From contig OZ024740.1 of the NCBI GenBank assembly GCA_964016885.1, forward strand, positions 325,252,001 through 325,316,000: 64,000 bases of DNA, given 5' to 3'. This document shows positions 15,122 to 29,979 of the stretch, one piece after another. Position numbers and translations under genes: made by a program. The notes under the pieces were generated by a model, which saw only the letters and a program-made list of their open reading frames with translations, was not told the DNA's origin and made no database searches. This DNA is from Eledone cirrhosa. Its lineage: Eukaryota. Every line of letters begins with the position of its first letter. Within the stretch, counting starts at the first letter, position 1.

Positions 15122-15193
15122 CTGTGATACATATTTCAATGACGACAGTGGCCACACGGTTCGGTGCGCCAGCGCCGTGACATCATCAGACAG
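15122..15193 (-). ncRNA. Candidate type I hammerhead ribozyme with GC-rich extended stem II
   Basis: ctgt CTGATGA tgtcacggcgctggcgcac..gtgtggccactgtcgtcatt GAAA tatgta TC acag. Confidence 0.7.
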
Positions 15194-15825
15194 ATTGTTA
15201 GATAATAAGGTTATGTTTCCGAGGCAATCCAAATTGAATCGACATGGGAACGGACAAAGCGTGTGCTCTTGGGTTCTTCACCCGTTCCCTTGTGAGTCCC
15301 AATTCACCCCCACCAGTCTGCGTAGGCGCAGGTCCGAAGGAAGTTGACCATCAACTACCGCAGTGTTCTTAACCAAACAATGACCCCATCCAACCTGTAA
15401 TATGAAACGGTTATAGTTTATTGCTAGCCGGCCGAAAGCCAGTGGGGGTATGAGTATCAATAGGTCTTAACACTACCTCTAAATTAAGTATGGACAGTAG
15501 AATTGACCATCCCCCGCTGAGAGAAAATATACTTATTTCTAGGTACTATGGTTTCACAGTGAAGATTATGCAGGGGAGTTGGAAATTAAAACTAAAAATT
15601 AAAAATCAAAAATCAAAAATTTAAAAAGTTTTAAATTAAAAATTAAAAATTACAAGTTAGAATCTAGATTGAAGTAAGTAAAGAAATATATGTACATATA
15701 ATCACTAATAAAGAGAGGTGCATAGATACACACATACATACATACATACATACATACATACATACATACATACATACATACATACATACATACATACATA
15801 CATACATACATACATACATACATAC

Positions 15826-16140
15826 GTAGTTAGGAAATTACAAGTACAATCCATTAATGGGACAGTAAAAATATGTAAAACATTCCAAACATTTGGCATC
15901 TAATAACTGCATATACACATGTACAGATACAAAGCATATACACATGCACACATACAACTCAAAACATACACATACACACATACAATAACATCCATATCTA
16001 CACATGCATGCATGCAGACATCACACATATCTACCTAGTTGATGTTGTGTAAATTCCAATGAGAGAGTCTTGTGTCTATGTTAGAAACCGACTCTCTCTC
16101 TCTATTGGCAAACATTTGTGAAATTATAAAACCAGAAGAA
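15826..16140 (+). mobile_element. Short 3' end of the same RLE element, inserted in (CATA)n
   Basis: VVRKLQVQSINGTVKICKTFQTFGI* plus a 3'UTR homologous to 8130-8445; pure (CATA)n at 15734-15825 and 16141-16200. Confidence 0.8.
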
Positions 16141-16588
16141 CATACATACATACATACATACATACATACATACATACATACATACATACATACATACATA
16201 CAGGTATATATATGGGAGTGTCTGTCTTTGTGTGAGTGTGTCAAACAGCTAGAGAGACAAATGAAATGTTCACATCAACACAAAGCTGTGCGTTGATGCT
16301 GAACAATTACCCGAGAAGAGAATTTGCATTCCTGAACCTTAGAGATGTTCTTTGTTAGATCTCTTGTTTAAGAGACACCTAACCAACGTGGCGGCGGTAC
16401 ATGTAGATGTAATGTTTCCGTATATCATAATACAATACATAAAGAGTATACAGTACCTGTATACTCTAATTTAGGTAATTGCTTAATTATTTCAATGTCA
16501 CTAACAATGAAAGAGATAGGAATGCCGAGATGTTCATTTCCATAAAAATAAACCGTTTGGTATAGTAACAACGTGGTATGTAATCTTC

Positions 16589-16623
<35 letters not shown>

Positions 16624-16737
16624 GCGTGTGTGTGTGTGTATATCTATATATTATATATATATGCATGCATATATATCTAGAGTGTAACTAATACACTTCA
16701 TGTTATTGCATAATTTTGTTTGTTTGTTTCTTGTTTC

Positions 16738-16889
<152 letters not shown>

Positions 16890-17649
16890 TATTGAGCATA
16901 TTGCAGAGGGGGAGAGAAGGGAGAGAGAGAAAGACAGAGCTGAGAGACAGACAGACAGACAGACAGGCAGGGATCAAAAGTGAATAGACATCTAACCTTG
17001 TCTTAATAAATCTATACAATTAATTGTCTCGTGTAATTATCTGAATATTTAGTTTGTTGATTAAACGTGTAAATTATTTACATCAACCACAATAGTTTCT
17101 TCGGAAGACAATCAATAAAATTATCATCTTATATTCACTTCTTCGCATGTTTTACTAGTAGGGAATCAAGAGTGGGCCCTCCATCGGTTTCGACGATTAG
17201 TATTCCACTCGTTCAATCAATGGAGCAGCATGCTAATGTAGTGGTTGATCACTTTACATATATGTGTAACCTTAACTTAATTTAAAGAGAGATTCTCTGT
17301 AACACAGTGTATAACAAGGCTGGCCCTTTGATTTACTAAAGTGCAAGTGGCTGAATATTCCACAGATATGTGTAACCTTAACGTGGTTCTCAAGTAGGTT
17401 CAGTGTGATACAGTATGTGATACAGCTGAGTTCCAGGTTCAGTCAACCCGACGGTCTTCCAAAGAGCTCCTACCTACCCAATTCCAAGACATGCAATAGG
17501 TTGGTGGCTATAGTAAAAGATATTTGGCCACATGCCACTCACTAGGATTGAACACGGGACCTAATAATTGAAATAATTGTAATTCCTTTACACTTCAGCT
17601 ACACTAAGCCAGCAGTTGACAAATCAGTGGCATTATTGTAGCATTGTGA

Positions 17650-17870
17650 GAGCGGTGGATTGGCAGTATCTGTAGAGGATCGGTGGCCATGCTTTGCAGC
17701 ATAGAGTGACGGCCCTTTATGATCTGAGTTCCAATCCCGCCGAGGTTAACTTTACTTTTCATCCTTATAGGGTCTATTTAAAAAAGTATCAGTCACGGAC
17801 TGGGGTCGATTTAATCGACTTTCCCCTCTCCCAAAATTGCTGGCCTTGTGCCTATATGAGAAACCATTAT
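17650..17870 (+). mobile_element. tRNA-derived SINE, family A
   Basis: GCGGTGGATTGGCAGTATC...GAGTTCCAATCCCGCCGAGGTTAAC core. Confidence 0.8.
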
Positions 17871-18180
17871 TGTAGCATCGTTTGTTATGTACTTTAAGGA
17901 CTTCTATCATTACAGCCGAGCAGAAGACGATGAATCGGCAATAGCTAGGCATCGGATTAAAGATGCCTCAATATTTGATCCAGCTCAATGTGCTGTAAGT
18001 GAACAGCACAAATTATCAAAACATTCGATGCCTAATCACGCGATCTTCTTCAACCTAGTAAATTTTACTTTAAACACATAGAAATCTGAGCCACATTTTT
18101 CCATAAAACTGAAAGAAATACCTAACATCAATTGGATGCGAGTTACAAATCGACATAGCATCACATTTCTCCATCTCTCT

Positions 18181-18222
18181 TAACTTTTGAAAATCGTGGA
18201 AAATGTGAAACCGGTAAAGTTA
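18181..18222 (+). ncRNA. Candidate minimal hammerhead, U3-A8 core variant
   Basis: taactt TTGAAAA tcgt-ggaaa-atgt GAAA ccgg TA aagtta; 6-bp stem I, palindromic ACCGGT stem III. Confidence 0.65.
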
Positions 18223-18403
18223 TAAATTATTGTAAAGACTCCAATTACCTTTTCAACTTCTTTTCCTACATACGTAGCAGTCAAGTGAAGCGATCTGCTA
18301 CAAGTTTTCAGTGCCCATTCAGTAAATGTTTGAATGTTTTAAGTACTATGTGACTTTAAACACCGAGTTTAATAATAATAATAATAATAATATATATATA
18401 TAC

Positions 18404-18467
<64 letters not shown>

Positions 18468-18496
18468 CATATATATATATACATATATATATATAC

Positions 18497-18620
<124 letters not shown>

Positions 18621-18648
18621 AATTTGCCTATACATATGCATAAATATA

Positions 18649-18695
<47 letters not shown>

Positions 18696-19111
18696 ACTTA
18701 TACATATATAAATATATAAATACATACATACACTCATAACACATACAAAGAAGCATAGAACAAAGGTTTGCAAGGAATAACGAAATCACAGTTCTAATTC
18801 TGCACAGTTGTATAGACACAACTCAACATAATTGATTCTATTGGTTTCCTACTGGAATACACAAATCCCAACATTGCTGCTATTGATATACTGATGATGT
18901 CTTCTGTCAGCCATCTTGTCAGCCATCTTATTCGCCTTGTTTCTCAGTAAATAGGATGTTTTTGTTGTGGTCGTTGCTGTTCTTTGAATACATCTGGAGA
19001 ATTTGAGAATTATTCATTGCACAGAATTACTAACACACACCACCATATCGAATACTGCAGAAGCCTACATATATAGCTACATAAACATCGATATATGTAT
19101 ATATGCGTATA

Positions 19112-19171
<60 letters not shown>

Positions 19172-19331
19172 CACACACACATATATATACATACATACAT
19201 ATATATACATACATATACACATATATATACGTACATACATACACACACATATATATATATGTGTGTGTGTGTGTGTGTATGTATGTATAATTGTCCGCCA
19301 TTGATATCTTCTGTCAGCCATCTTATTCGCC

Positions 19332-19405
<74 letters not shown>

Positions 19406-19406
19406 A

Positions 19407-19480
<74 letters not shown>

Positions 19481-19858
19481 TATGCAGACGTGTAGTATAT
19501 ACACGCAAAAAAAAACTGTAAGATTCGGCATAATGTTCAGTCAGTTGGTAAAAACGAAGTAATATTAGAATGTAGTAAAACAAGCCTGGAAGCAAATTTG
19601 AGAAAGTAGGTATATATAAAAAGAGGGAGAGAAATAGAAATAGAGTGTTATAGTGAGGGAAATACATAGCTATAGGAAGAAGAATATATGATGTGTGGAG
19701 TGTAGAGTCGTAGGAAAGGATATGAAGAGAGAGATAGAGATAGAGATAGAGATAGAGAGACAAAGTGAGTGTGTGTGTGTGTGTATACGAGGAATACAGA
19801 ATGAAATGATTAATGAAATAAGATTGAAACAAATTGAAATGAATTTGTGAGGCAGAAG

Positions 19859-19950
<92 letters not shown>

Positions 19951-20129
19951 GTATATATAAAACGTATATGTGTTTCTGTGTTTCTGAAAGCTGCTTTACA
20001 GCGTTATTATTGCTATATTTTACCTTTTCCTTATATCTCGATAATATCATCATCTCATTGCTCCCTGCTCCGGCTTTTACCTTACAGTTGTGTTTTTACC
20101 CCCCCCCCCCCCCTTCTTCTCTCTCTCTC

Positions 20130-20162
<33 letters not shown>

Positions 20163-20214
20163 ATTATGTATGTATGCACGTGTGTATGTATATATGGGTA
20201 TTTATAAGTATATG

Positions 20215-20311
<97 letters not shown>

Positions 20312-20372
20312 AAATCTATGTATGTTTGTGAATGTTTGTGTAATTTTGTGGCTGCACACACAATTCCATTAA

Positions 20373-20407
<35 letters not shown>

Positions 20408-21347
20408 GATGGTGATAGCGTTTTGTCTCGCGTTTTACTTTGCTGATTTCATAAACAACTAAGGCAGGGAAGCATCGGAAAAATATATAAGCAAAATTAT
20501 TCGCAATCACATTGAAATATGATTAATCATCAAGATTTGATTGGTTTCCAAAAATAAAAATTAGAAAATGTCTCATAAATTAATCTATTCAATTATTAAT
20601 TGCAGAACATTTCATATATTCATCTATTCAGTATCATATGTATAGATCACATTATGTAAGCCTCCGGCTATAGATTCCCTTCGTGAATCGAAGCATAAAA
20701 CTACTTGTCTTCTGATGATTGGACAGCTAGCTGTCAAATCTAAATCCAAAATCTTATGGTTTTCTGTGTGCAAAAAGAAGAATAGTATCTTTTTCTCATT
20801 TGCTAACATTTTCACAGTGAAGCTTGTAAACTGTAGTTTTACCTATATTAAATATACCGTAGATTTTCTAGTTATACCTAGGTTTCGGATTGTGTATGAT
20901 AGAAATAGCATTTGATTATAAATACTTTTCGTAGACCGAAGGATAATAGTTTGGCTTCCCATAATTAGCCAATTAGCTGGGAAACATGTATGTGCAGTCT
21001 TTTATGGAATTTTTCTGGGTATAAACAGAATATGATAATGTTCTTTCACATTTCTTTATACTTTAGAAGCTTAGGCTATAAGCAATAGCTGCACTTATAT
21101 GAATTTTATCTTTTTTGAAGCAATACATATAATATCAAGGATTTACACAGGAAAGCCATGAACATCCCGACAGAACATTTCATATCTCCAAAACGAAAAT
21201 CTAGAATCTCGTTCTCTAATCAAAAGTATCCATTAATGGCAGCTGTTTTGATCCAAAGAAACAAACATATTTATTATTGCACATCCCACTCTCTCACTCC
21301 CCCCTCGCCCCCCCCCTCTCTCCCTCTCTCTCTTATTGTATATATAC

Positions 21348-21441
<94 letters not shown>

Positions 21442-21858
21442 GTATGTTTTTTCTTTCTCCTACTTTCTCTTCTTCTTATTTTGACATCTCACATTACTCT
21501 TCTCATTTTTCTTCGATATCTTCGTCGCCATGATTTTGTCATTCCTTCTATTTATCATCTTTACCTGCATTGTTGCCATTATTGTAGATGTTATTGTGGT
21601 TTTTGTTGTAGTTTTTATAAAATTTATATCCTTTTTTAAGCGAGAAATTGAAATATATTTTGATATTACAGATTAAAAACCTTTACATAAATGGATTAAA
21701 GAAATGGCTGCTTCGGTTATCTTTTATCCATTTCGGAAATTAAATGTATGCAGACGTTAAGAATAATACAAATAACAGGCGTACATATTATACACACATA
21801 TCACAGGTGCACACACGTATGCACACTTACACAAAAATACACTCGCGCATGAATGCAT

Positions 21859-21907
<49 letters not shown>

Positions 21908-22700
21908 TAGACATATATACACTCATATACACACATAACACACGTACGTACACTTACGTAAAACTATAATCGTGCATGAATGCATACATACACAAGCACA
22001 CAAACAAAATACTCACACAGACACAAACAAATATAGACACATGTACACACGTATCATACGAGCGCGCGTGTATGCACACTTAAACACAAATACACTTGTG
22101 CATGAATGCATACGTACACACACACACACGTACATCACTCACACATACACATCACTCACGCATACACGTCACACATACGTACAATATACACTCATGTACA
22201 CATATATCACACGTGTGCGCGCGTATGCACACTTTCACAAAAACACACTCGTGCATGAATGTATATAAACACACACACACACACACATCGCTTACACACA
22301 CAAATATGCACTCATATACACACAAGTATAAGGGTGTATGTATACATATATACACCCGCATATATATATGTGCACAAACACATACACACATATACACACC
22401 CACGTATGTGTGCGTGTATGTATGTGTATCTATACATATATACACATGCATAAGCCTGCGCCGTCAAATATATACACACATATACTCACACAACAGATGT
22501 TCATTATTGGAGCAGGGGTGAGAAGGGGGAGGAGGGGAGCAGGAGAAGGAGGTGAAGGAGGAGGCGACTATGATATTAGATTATGAACTAAGTCTGTATT
22601 TTAAGGCAATTTATTCATCAATGAAACAACATGGAGATTGCTATTATATATATGTATATATATGTATATATGTGTATATGTATGTATATAAATGTATATA

Positions 22701-22775
<75 letters not shown>

Positions 22776-22787
22776 ATACATACACAT

Positions 22788-22882
<95 letters not shown>

Positions 22883-23283
22883 TATATAATTTTGTTGTTT
22901 TTTTCAACATTCTTGATATGAAATCGTGTGTCGAAACAGATATTGCTATATTTTGTGAGAATCGTGATACCAATACATGCAACAAGTTGGAGTAAAAAAA
23001 AACAAATAAAAACGAACGGGTGAGCAGAGGGACAAAATAGTAATTGTGAAGGTCACAGAATGTGACGAAACAACTTGAATAATTAATCTAACCAAGGAAT
23101 GGATTAGACTATGAATAAAACCGAAGTGAAACAAACTGGTACATGTTTTTTATTGGGTACATGAACCTTGCAAAATATATATATAAATAAATATTTCGTT
23201 GCTGAACTTGTTTATAATAAATTGGAGTGAAAGCAACTGGTGCGTGTGTTTCTTATTGGCAACATGACCCTCCCAAAGCATAA

Positions 23284-23369
<86 letters not shown>

Positions 23370-23519
23370 GTGTGTGTGAAAGAGAGAGAGGGGGGAGGAG
23401 AGGGAGAGAATGTGTGTATGATGGACTCTCCCACGTATATCGACATATAAGTGTTCGCCAGTTTCTTCAATTCTATTTTTTAATGGTTATGGTTGTGCCT
23501 TTAATGACACTCTATTTCA

Positions 23520-26180
23520 GCTTCTGATTTACACACCAAGCCGCATTTAATGTAGATGGCAGGATTTTGAGCCAAATGCATACTGGATCATTACAAAGAA
23601 TGACCAACCAAATAAAACAGGAGCCATGACACATCCCTGCTTCATACTGTTTGTGACATCAAAGTATTCAGAGCATTCGCCATTTTACATAATTGATGCT
23701 TTCATGCTCTCATGAAAAGACATAACATTCATCACGTCAAGCTTTTGGAGGATTTTCCAGAGATCTTTGCAATTGACAGTGTCAAAAGCTTTAGTCAAGT
23801 TTAAAGGACCATAAATAGTTCCTGTTTCTTTTCACGAACCTTCTCTGGCAACCGAGCGAAGAGAGAAAATCATATCAATGAGAGAAAATCATATCAATTA
23901 CCCCGATTTGTGTGGAAACCACATTGGTTTTCAGAGTAGATATCATCAATAAGTCTCGATGTAATTGTTGAGAATAATACGAGAAAATACCTTGCTAGCC
24001 ATACAGGAAAGATAGGTGCCGGGAGAGTTGTCACATAGATTTTTTAACCTTTATTCTTGAAGCGATGGATTATAGATGCATCTCTTGAGCGACATGTTCA
24101 ACCTTCCAGATTTCTAGAAATAGCCGAAGAATCTTACGAACCAGTTTTTTATCCCCATATTTGACAATTTCAGGAGAGATACTACCTTTACCAGGATATT
24201 GAATGACAGTTGCTTAGTCGCAGCTTATGCTTCATTCAAGCTTGGGTTGAATGCTGATTCGGGTATCTCTGGCCTTGGTGGAATAGATGATATTACATCT
24301 TCATAAACGTTTGTCTCAGTATTTAGGACCTTTTCAAAGTGTCTCTTCCATCGAGAGAGTATCTCAACTTTGTCTGTGTATATGGCTGTGCCATCAGAGG
24401 TAGAACTGGATCTGACCTGCTCTCCCTAGGATAATACACCATATTCAGACCATTATAAAAGGCCCCTATCTAGTCCTTTTTATTGGCAGTATCTTGTAGA
24501 TCAGCTGCTTTAGCTACCCACCAGACATCCTTCATCTTTCTAAGTGAGGTTTGTGCCTGGTGCTTACAGTCTTTATATCCTTTCATTTTAGTCGTTGGGC
24601 TTTTATATCCAATCCAAAGCTTGCGTAAGTTATGCATCTCACTAATAAAGTTCTGGGTATCTGAACTGCTTTCATCAAACATGTTCTGATGTTTTCTGAT
24701 ATGAAATCTATGGAGATTGTATAAGTGGCATCTTTGAGCGCTTTCCAACATATCTCAGTGTCATCAGAAATCTGGAGAGAGTCGAGAGATGAGTCAAGCT
24801 TTGCAGAAAGTTCCAACCACCTATCAGGGGATCTCAAAGCACCCACTTCAACCTTGGGTGATATAGGTGGCTTTTGAAGACGGCTTTTTGGGGGGAATTG
24901 AATGAAACCTTACGGCGCAATAGTGCATGAGATAGCAAGAAGAGTGAAACGAACGGGTGATTTTGAAATCTTTTAGATCATGCCTGTGTGTGATGAGAAT
25001 CAATCATGTGCCAATCCTTGGATCTAGGATATATTCATTTTGCCTTATGGTTTGTAGGTTGTTGAAAAAAGCTATTAGTGATCTTAAGGTCAAATTCCTT
25101 GCAGAGTGACAGCAGCCTAAACCCATTTGAGTTCGTAACTACGACTCCATTAAACCCAAGATGTTATGTTTGATAATCATGTCCAACTCTATCATTGAAA
25201 TATCCCATTATGGTAAGCTTGTTATTATATGGAAGAGTTGAGACAACTGTGTGAAGCTGGTCATAAAATGTTACGATATCCTGCTCAGATGAATAAAGAG
25301 TAGGGGTGTAACAACTCACTTGTGTAACAGAGGTGTTGTTCGCTAACCATGATGATAACTGTCATGATATGATAACTGACATCTTTGGGGAAAGGTGTTA
25401 GGGATCTAGCAATTCTCATCTAATGATAAACCCAACACCAGATTGACGGTGGACCTCTTCACTTCTTCCGGGGTAGAACACTGTGCACTCTTCACCCACT
25501 TCTTGCATTTTGTACGGGCCAGGGAGTCGGGTTTCACTTATCGCACAGATATAAATGTTATATCTGTTAAGTGCATTGCAGTTGGCGTTTGATCTCTCAA
25601 CAGTTGAAATGCTGTCCCGGTGTGTTCTAACGTTCCAGGAACTAAAATTAAAATTCTTTTTATTCTTTCGACCGCATATTTGGAGAACCAGACAGCTGTG
25701 GTTTACTGCCAGGTTAAAAGATTGAGCAAGCATGTGTTAGGGCTCTTTTTACCACCCCTCCCCTCCCTCTATAGGGAAAACAGTGCTATATCTAAAATGA
25801 ACTGCTTTGTCACCATTAGTGGACACGAAAAGCACAAATTGTTCATATTTTGTTCATGAACGGCCACCATCTGTCAGTAGCCACTGTGTAGAGCTCCAGC
25901 TAAGGACTTCCTGTAATACCATTTACTTGTCCCCATCCCTTTGCTTTCTCGCCAGTGGGTTTTGTGTTAATGATGTGATATCAAATAGAACTGGTAGAGC
26001 TGTTGAACAACCTACACAAATGAAATATTTGTAGTGGTGAAGGCTTGTGTGGGATAGTTGACATCAAATGTGCAAATGTTTGCCAAGAACCAAGTGAACA
26101 ACACAACTCAGCTATTGGATAGTCATTGACCCTCAAGAGTACCTCCGCCATTTGACGGGCGTTGGTTTTCATCCCGCAGG
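23520..26180 (-). mobile_element. Decayed RTE (BovB-like) LINE, 5' part (APE and partial RT)
   Basis: NFSSWNVRT..ICAISETRL..GVGFII (25416-25733); RKHQNMFDE..LRKMKDVWW; ENQCGF..R and KAFDTV remnants; heavily disrupted. Confidence 0.8.
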
Positions 26181-26211
26181 GTGTCCAAAAATCACCCTCT
26201 TACTTATATAT

Positions 26212-26265
<54 letters not shown>

Positions 26266-26334
26266 AAAAAGGGATGAAATCGAAAATGCAACTGAAGTCT
26301 TATTTTTTTTTTAAATATATATATTTATTTGGTT

Positions 26335-26372
26335 CCTTTACCGGTTTCGCAGTTCTTCTGCTTTTCAAAAGG
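26335..26372 (-). ncRNA. Minimal hammerhead (U3-A8), inverted-arm copy
   Basis: Reverse complement of 29811-29848. Confidence 0.7.
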
Positions 26373-26881
26373 TGAGTTGAGATGGAGGGTCTGTGGTTTT
26401 TCTCACATCTGGTTGGTCTCTAAATGTTACTTGTTTTATATGGAAAAAGTGGCTCGAAAACCAGGTTTTTCGAGAAGTAATTTGATTGGTTTGTCAATAA
26501 TTATAATAAATTTCGCGCCAGTTCGCGTTACAATAGTTCTTCAAATAAGAGAGGGGGGGGGTCACAGGTTGTTTTTTCATATATGAGTGTTTGAATTTCT
26601 TTTTACTTGAAAAAATGAGGCTCACCAAGGCTTTTTTGGGGTTGGTTATAAATGAAATTTGGCTGTCACGTGAACAAGTTTTCATTACATTTTTGCGCCC
26701 TTATTTGGAAAACTATTCTGTAGTCTTTATAGTGAATGTTATGACAATGGAGAGATAGTGGTCAAGGGAAAAGGGATTGGGAGAAATGTTCTGATTCAGT
26801 GAATATGGCCAGCTGTCAGAGTTCAGGTGTCAGAGTTCAGATCTTCTATTGAGACTGAAGATATGTGTTTATTTGTGTGCT

Positions 26882-26930
<49 letters not shown>

Positions 26931-27180
26931 TGGAAGATGATTCTATTAGTAGAGATGGGGGAGGGAGTTGTGTGTGTGTGTATATGGGTGTTATGTGTGT
27001 GTGTGCGAGTATGTTAGATAGAGAGAATATATATTTTGTGTGTGTGTATATATATATGTGTGTAGGAAAGTGGTTCTATTAGTAGAAATGGGGAGGGTGT
27101 TGTGGGTGTGAGGGGGTTGTTATGTGTGTGTATGGGTGTTATGTGTGTGGGAGTATGGTTAGCATGTTAAGATGAAGAGA

Positions 27181-27211
<31 letters not shown>

Positions 27212-27422
27212 GTGTGTGTGTATGTGTGTGTGTAGGAAAATGATTCCTTTAGTAGGAATATTTTTGAATGAACATATTTTCCTGACTTTTTCGTGTTTGC
27301 TGCTGTATTGCCAGTGCAAACGTATGTTTAAGGTTTATTTAGTTCGGGTTTTTATTTTCTAAAGTAGAAGGTGTTATGTGTGTGTGTGTGTATGTCATAT
27401 TGTGGTGTTGACATAATGTATA

Positions 27423-28381
27423 TTAAACCTTATTTAATGTTGGTCTATATTTTTGAATAAACATATTTTCCTTATTTATTCGCATTTGTTCTGTTGTATT
27501 GTTAGCGCAAAGGTAAAATGGGAAGACTTGGAATTTGGGTGTCTTATTACTTGCGCAAATGTCTAGATGTGCACTTAGTGGTATCTGTCTCGTGGTTGGA
27601 TCTCGTAATTGTTGGCGATGAACTGTCATTCTGTTTCTGAGTGTGAGTTTAGTTTGTCCTATATAATCTTCATTGCATCCTTTACATTTAATGGCATAAA
27701 TCAGATTTTTTGATGAGCAAGTGAAGTGATTTTTTACAGTAAAATTTTGTCCTGATTTAAATGTATACGTGTTGCCTTCAATGAGGTGAGTGCAGGTTCC
27801 ACAATTAGAGCGACCACATTTTTTGATACTTGGTTGTGGGTTTGTGGTAGGTAATTTGGCATTGGTGAGTAATGTTTTCAGTGATTTTGGTTGTCTTTTG
27901 CTTTTGATTATTTTGTGTGTTTCAAGGGCTTTTTTCATTCTTGGGTTTTGTTTTAGTAGTGGGATGTTATTGTGAATAGTGTTGTAAGCTTCCGCATTTC
28001 TTGGGTTGTGTGTTGAGATATATGATAGAATATTGGACGTACCTTGAATTTGTTTCTGTTTCCGTAATTCATCAATGCCTATTGCTTTAGCCCTTTCTAT
28101 TCCACTATTTATTAGTAATAGTGGGTACTCTCTGTCAAGTAGAATTTCCTTTAATTCTTGAAGTCTTTTATTTCGCGTTTCATAATTGGAGACAATTGTG
28201 CAAATTCTTCTTGCTAGGTTAAAAGGAATGTTCGTCTTCGTGTGCTTTGGATGGTTGGAGGTGAATAGCAGATATTGTTTGGAATCTGTTGGTTTGTAGT
28301 GTATGTCAGTTTCGATATTTGTGTCTTTTTTGTGATTAAGATGTCCAGAAATGGGAGTTGATCTTGGCTGTATTCCATTGT
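27423..28381 (-). pseudogene. PLE ORF C-terminal part: RT thumb, Zn linker, GIY-YIG endonuclease (5' truncated)
   Basis: LPFLDILI..TDIHYKPTDSKQYL..SNHPKHTK.NIPF...CGRSNCGTC..NLIYAIKC..YIGQT..RMTVH..E..I...P.LN. One apparent frameshift in an A-run near 28325; otherwise open. Confidence 0.9.
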
Positions 28382-28771
28382 CGCTCTAATTGTGGAACCT
28401 GCACTCACCTCATTGAAGGCAACACGTATACATTTAAATCAGGACAAAATTTTACTGTAAAAAATCACTTCACTTGCTCATCAAAAAATCTGATTTATGC
28501 CATTAAATGTAAAGGATGCAATGAAGATTATATAGGACAAACTAAACTCACACTCAGAAACAGAATGACAGTTCATCGCCAACAATTACGAGATCCAACC
28601 ACGAGACAGATACCACTAAGTGCACATCTAGACATTTGCGCAAGTAATAAGACACCCAAATTCCAAGTCTTCCCATTTTACCTTTGCGCTAACAATACAA
28701 CAGAACAAATGCGAATAAATAAGGAAAATATGTTTATTCAAAAATATAGACCAACATTAAATAAGGTTTAA
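28380..28771 (+). pseudogene. Second, inverted copy of the GIY-YIG domain
   Basis: Translation identical to that of 27423-27813. Confidence 0.9.
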
Positions 28772-28984
28772 TATACATTATGTCAACACCACAATATGAC
28801 ATACACACACACACACATAACACCTTCTACTTTAGAAAATAAAAACCCGAACTAAATAAACCTTAAACATACGTTTGCACTGGCAATACAGCAGCAAACA
28901 CGAAAAAGTCAGGAAAATATGTTCATTCAAAAATATTCCTACTAAAGGAATCATTTTCCTACACACACACATACACACACACAC

Positions 28985-29019
<35 letters not shown>

Positions 29020-29257
29020 TCTTCATCTTAACATGCTAACCATACTCCCACACACATAACACCCATACACACCCACAACACCCTCCCCATTTCTACTAAT
29101 AGAACCACTTTCCTACACACACATATATATACACACACACAAAATATATATTCTCTCTATCTAACATACTCGCACACACACACATAACACCCATATACAC
29201 ATACACACAACTCCCTCCCCCATCTCTACTAATAGAATCATCTTCCAATACACACAT

Positions 29258-29288
<31 letters not shown>

Positions 29289-29810
29289 AGCACACAAATA
29301 AACACATATCTTCAGTCTCAATAGAAAATCTGAACTCTGACACCTGAACTCTGACAGCTGGCCATATTCACTGAACCAGAACATTTCTCCCAATCCCTTT
29401 TCCCTTGACCACTATCTCTCCATTGTCATAACATTCACTATAAAGACTACAGAATAGTTTTCCAAATAAGGGCGCAAAAATGTAATGAAAACTTGTTCAC
29501 GTGACAGCCAAATTTCATTTATAACCAACCCCAAAAAAGCCTTCGTGAGCCTCATTTTTTCAAGTAAAAAGAAATTCAAACACTCATATAAGAAAAAACA
29601 ACCTGTGACAACCCCCCCCCCCCTCCCCCCTCTCTTATTTGAAGAACTATTGTAACGCGAACTGGCGCGAAATTTATTATAATTATTGACAAACCAATCA
29701 AATTACTTCTCGAAAAACCTGGTTTTCGAGCCACTTTTTCCATATAAAACAAGTAACATTTAGAGACCAACCAGATGTGAGAAAAACCACAGACCCTCCA
29801 TCTCAACTCA

Positions 29811-29848
29811 CCTTTTGAAAAGCAGAAGAACTGCGAAACCGGTAAAGG
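29811..29848 (+). ncRNA. Minimal type I hammerhead (U3-A8) in the PLE 3' end
   Basis: cctt TTGAAAA gcag-aagaa-ctgc GAAA ccgg TA aagg. Confidence 0.75.
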
Positions 29849-29979
29849 AACCAAATAAATATATATATTTTTTAAAAAAATAAGACTTCAGTTGCATTTT
29901 CGATTTCATCCCTTTTTCTTTATACTTCCACTCGTGTAGGACACCTCGGTTATTTTTCAATTTGTAAAAAAAACCTCAC

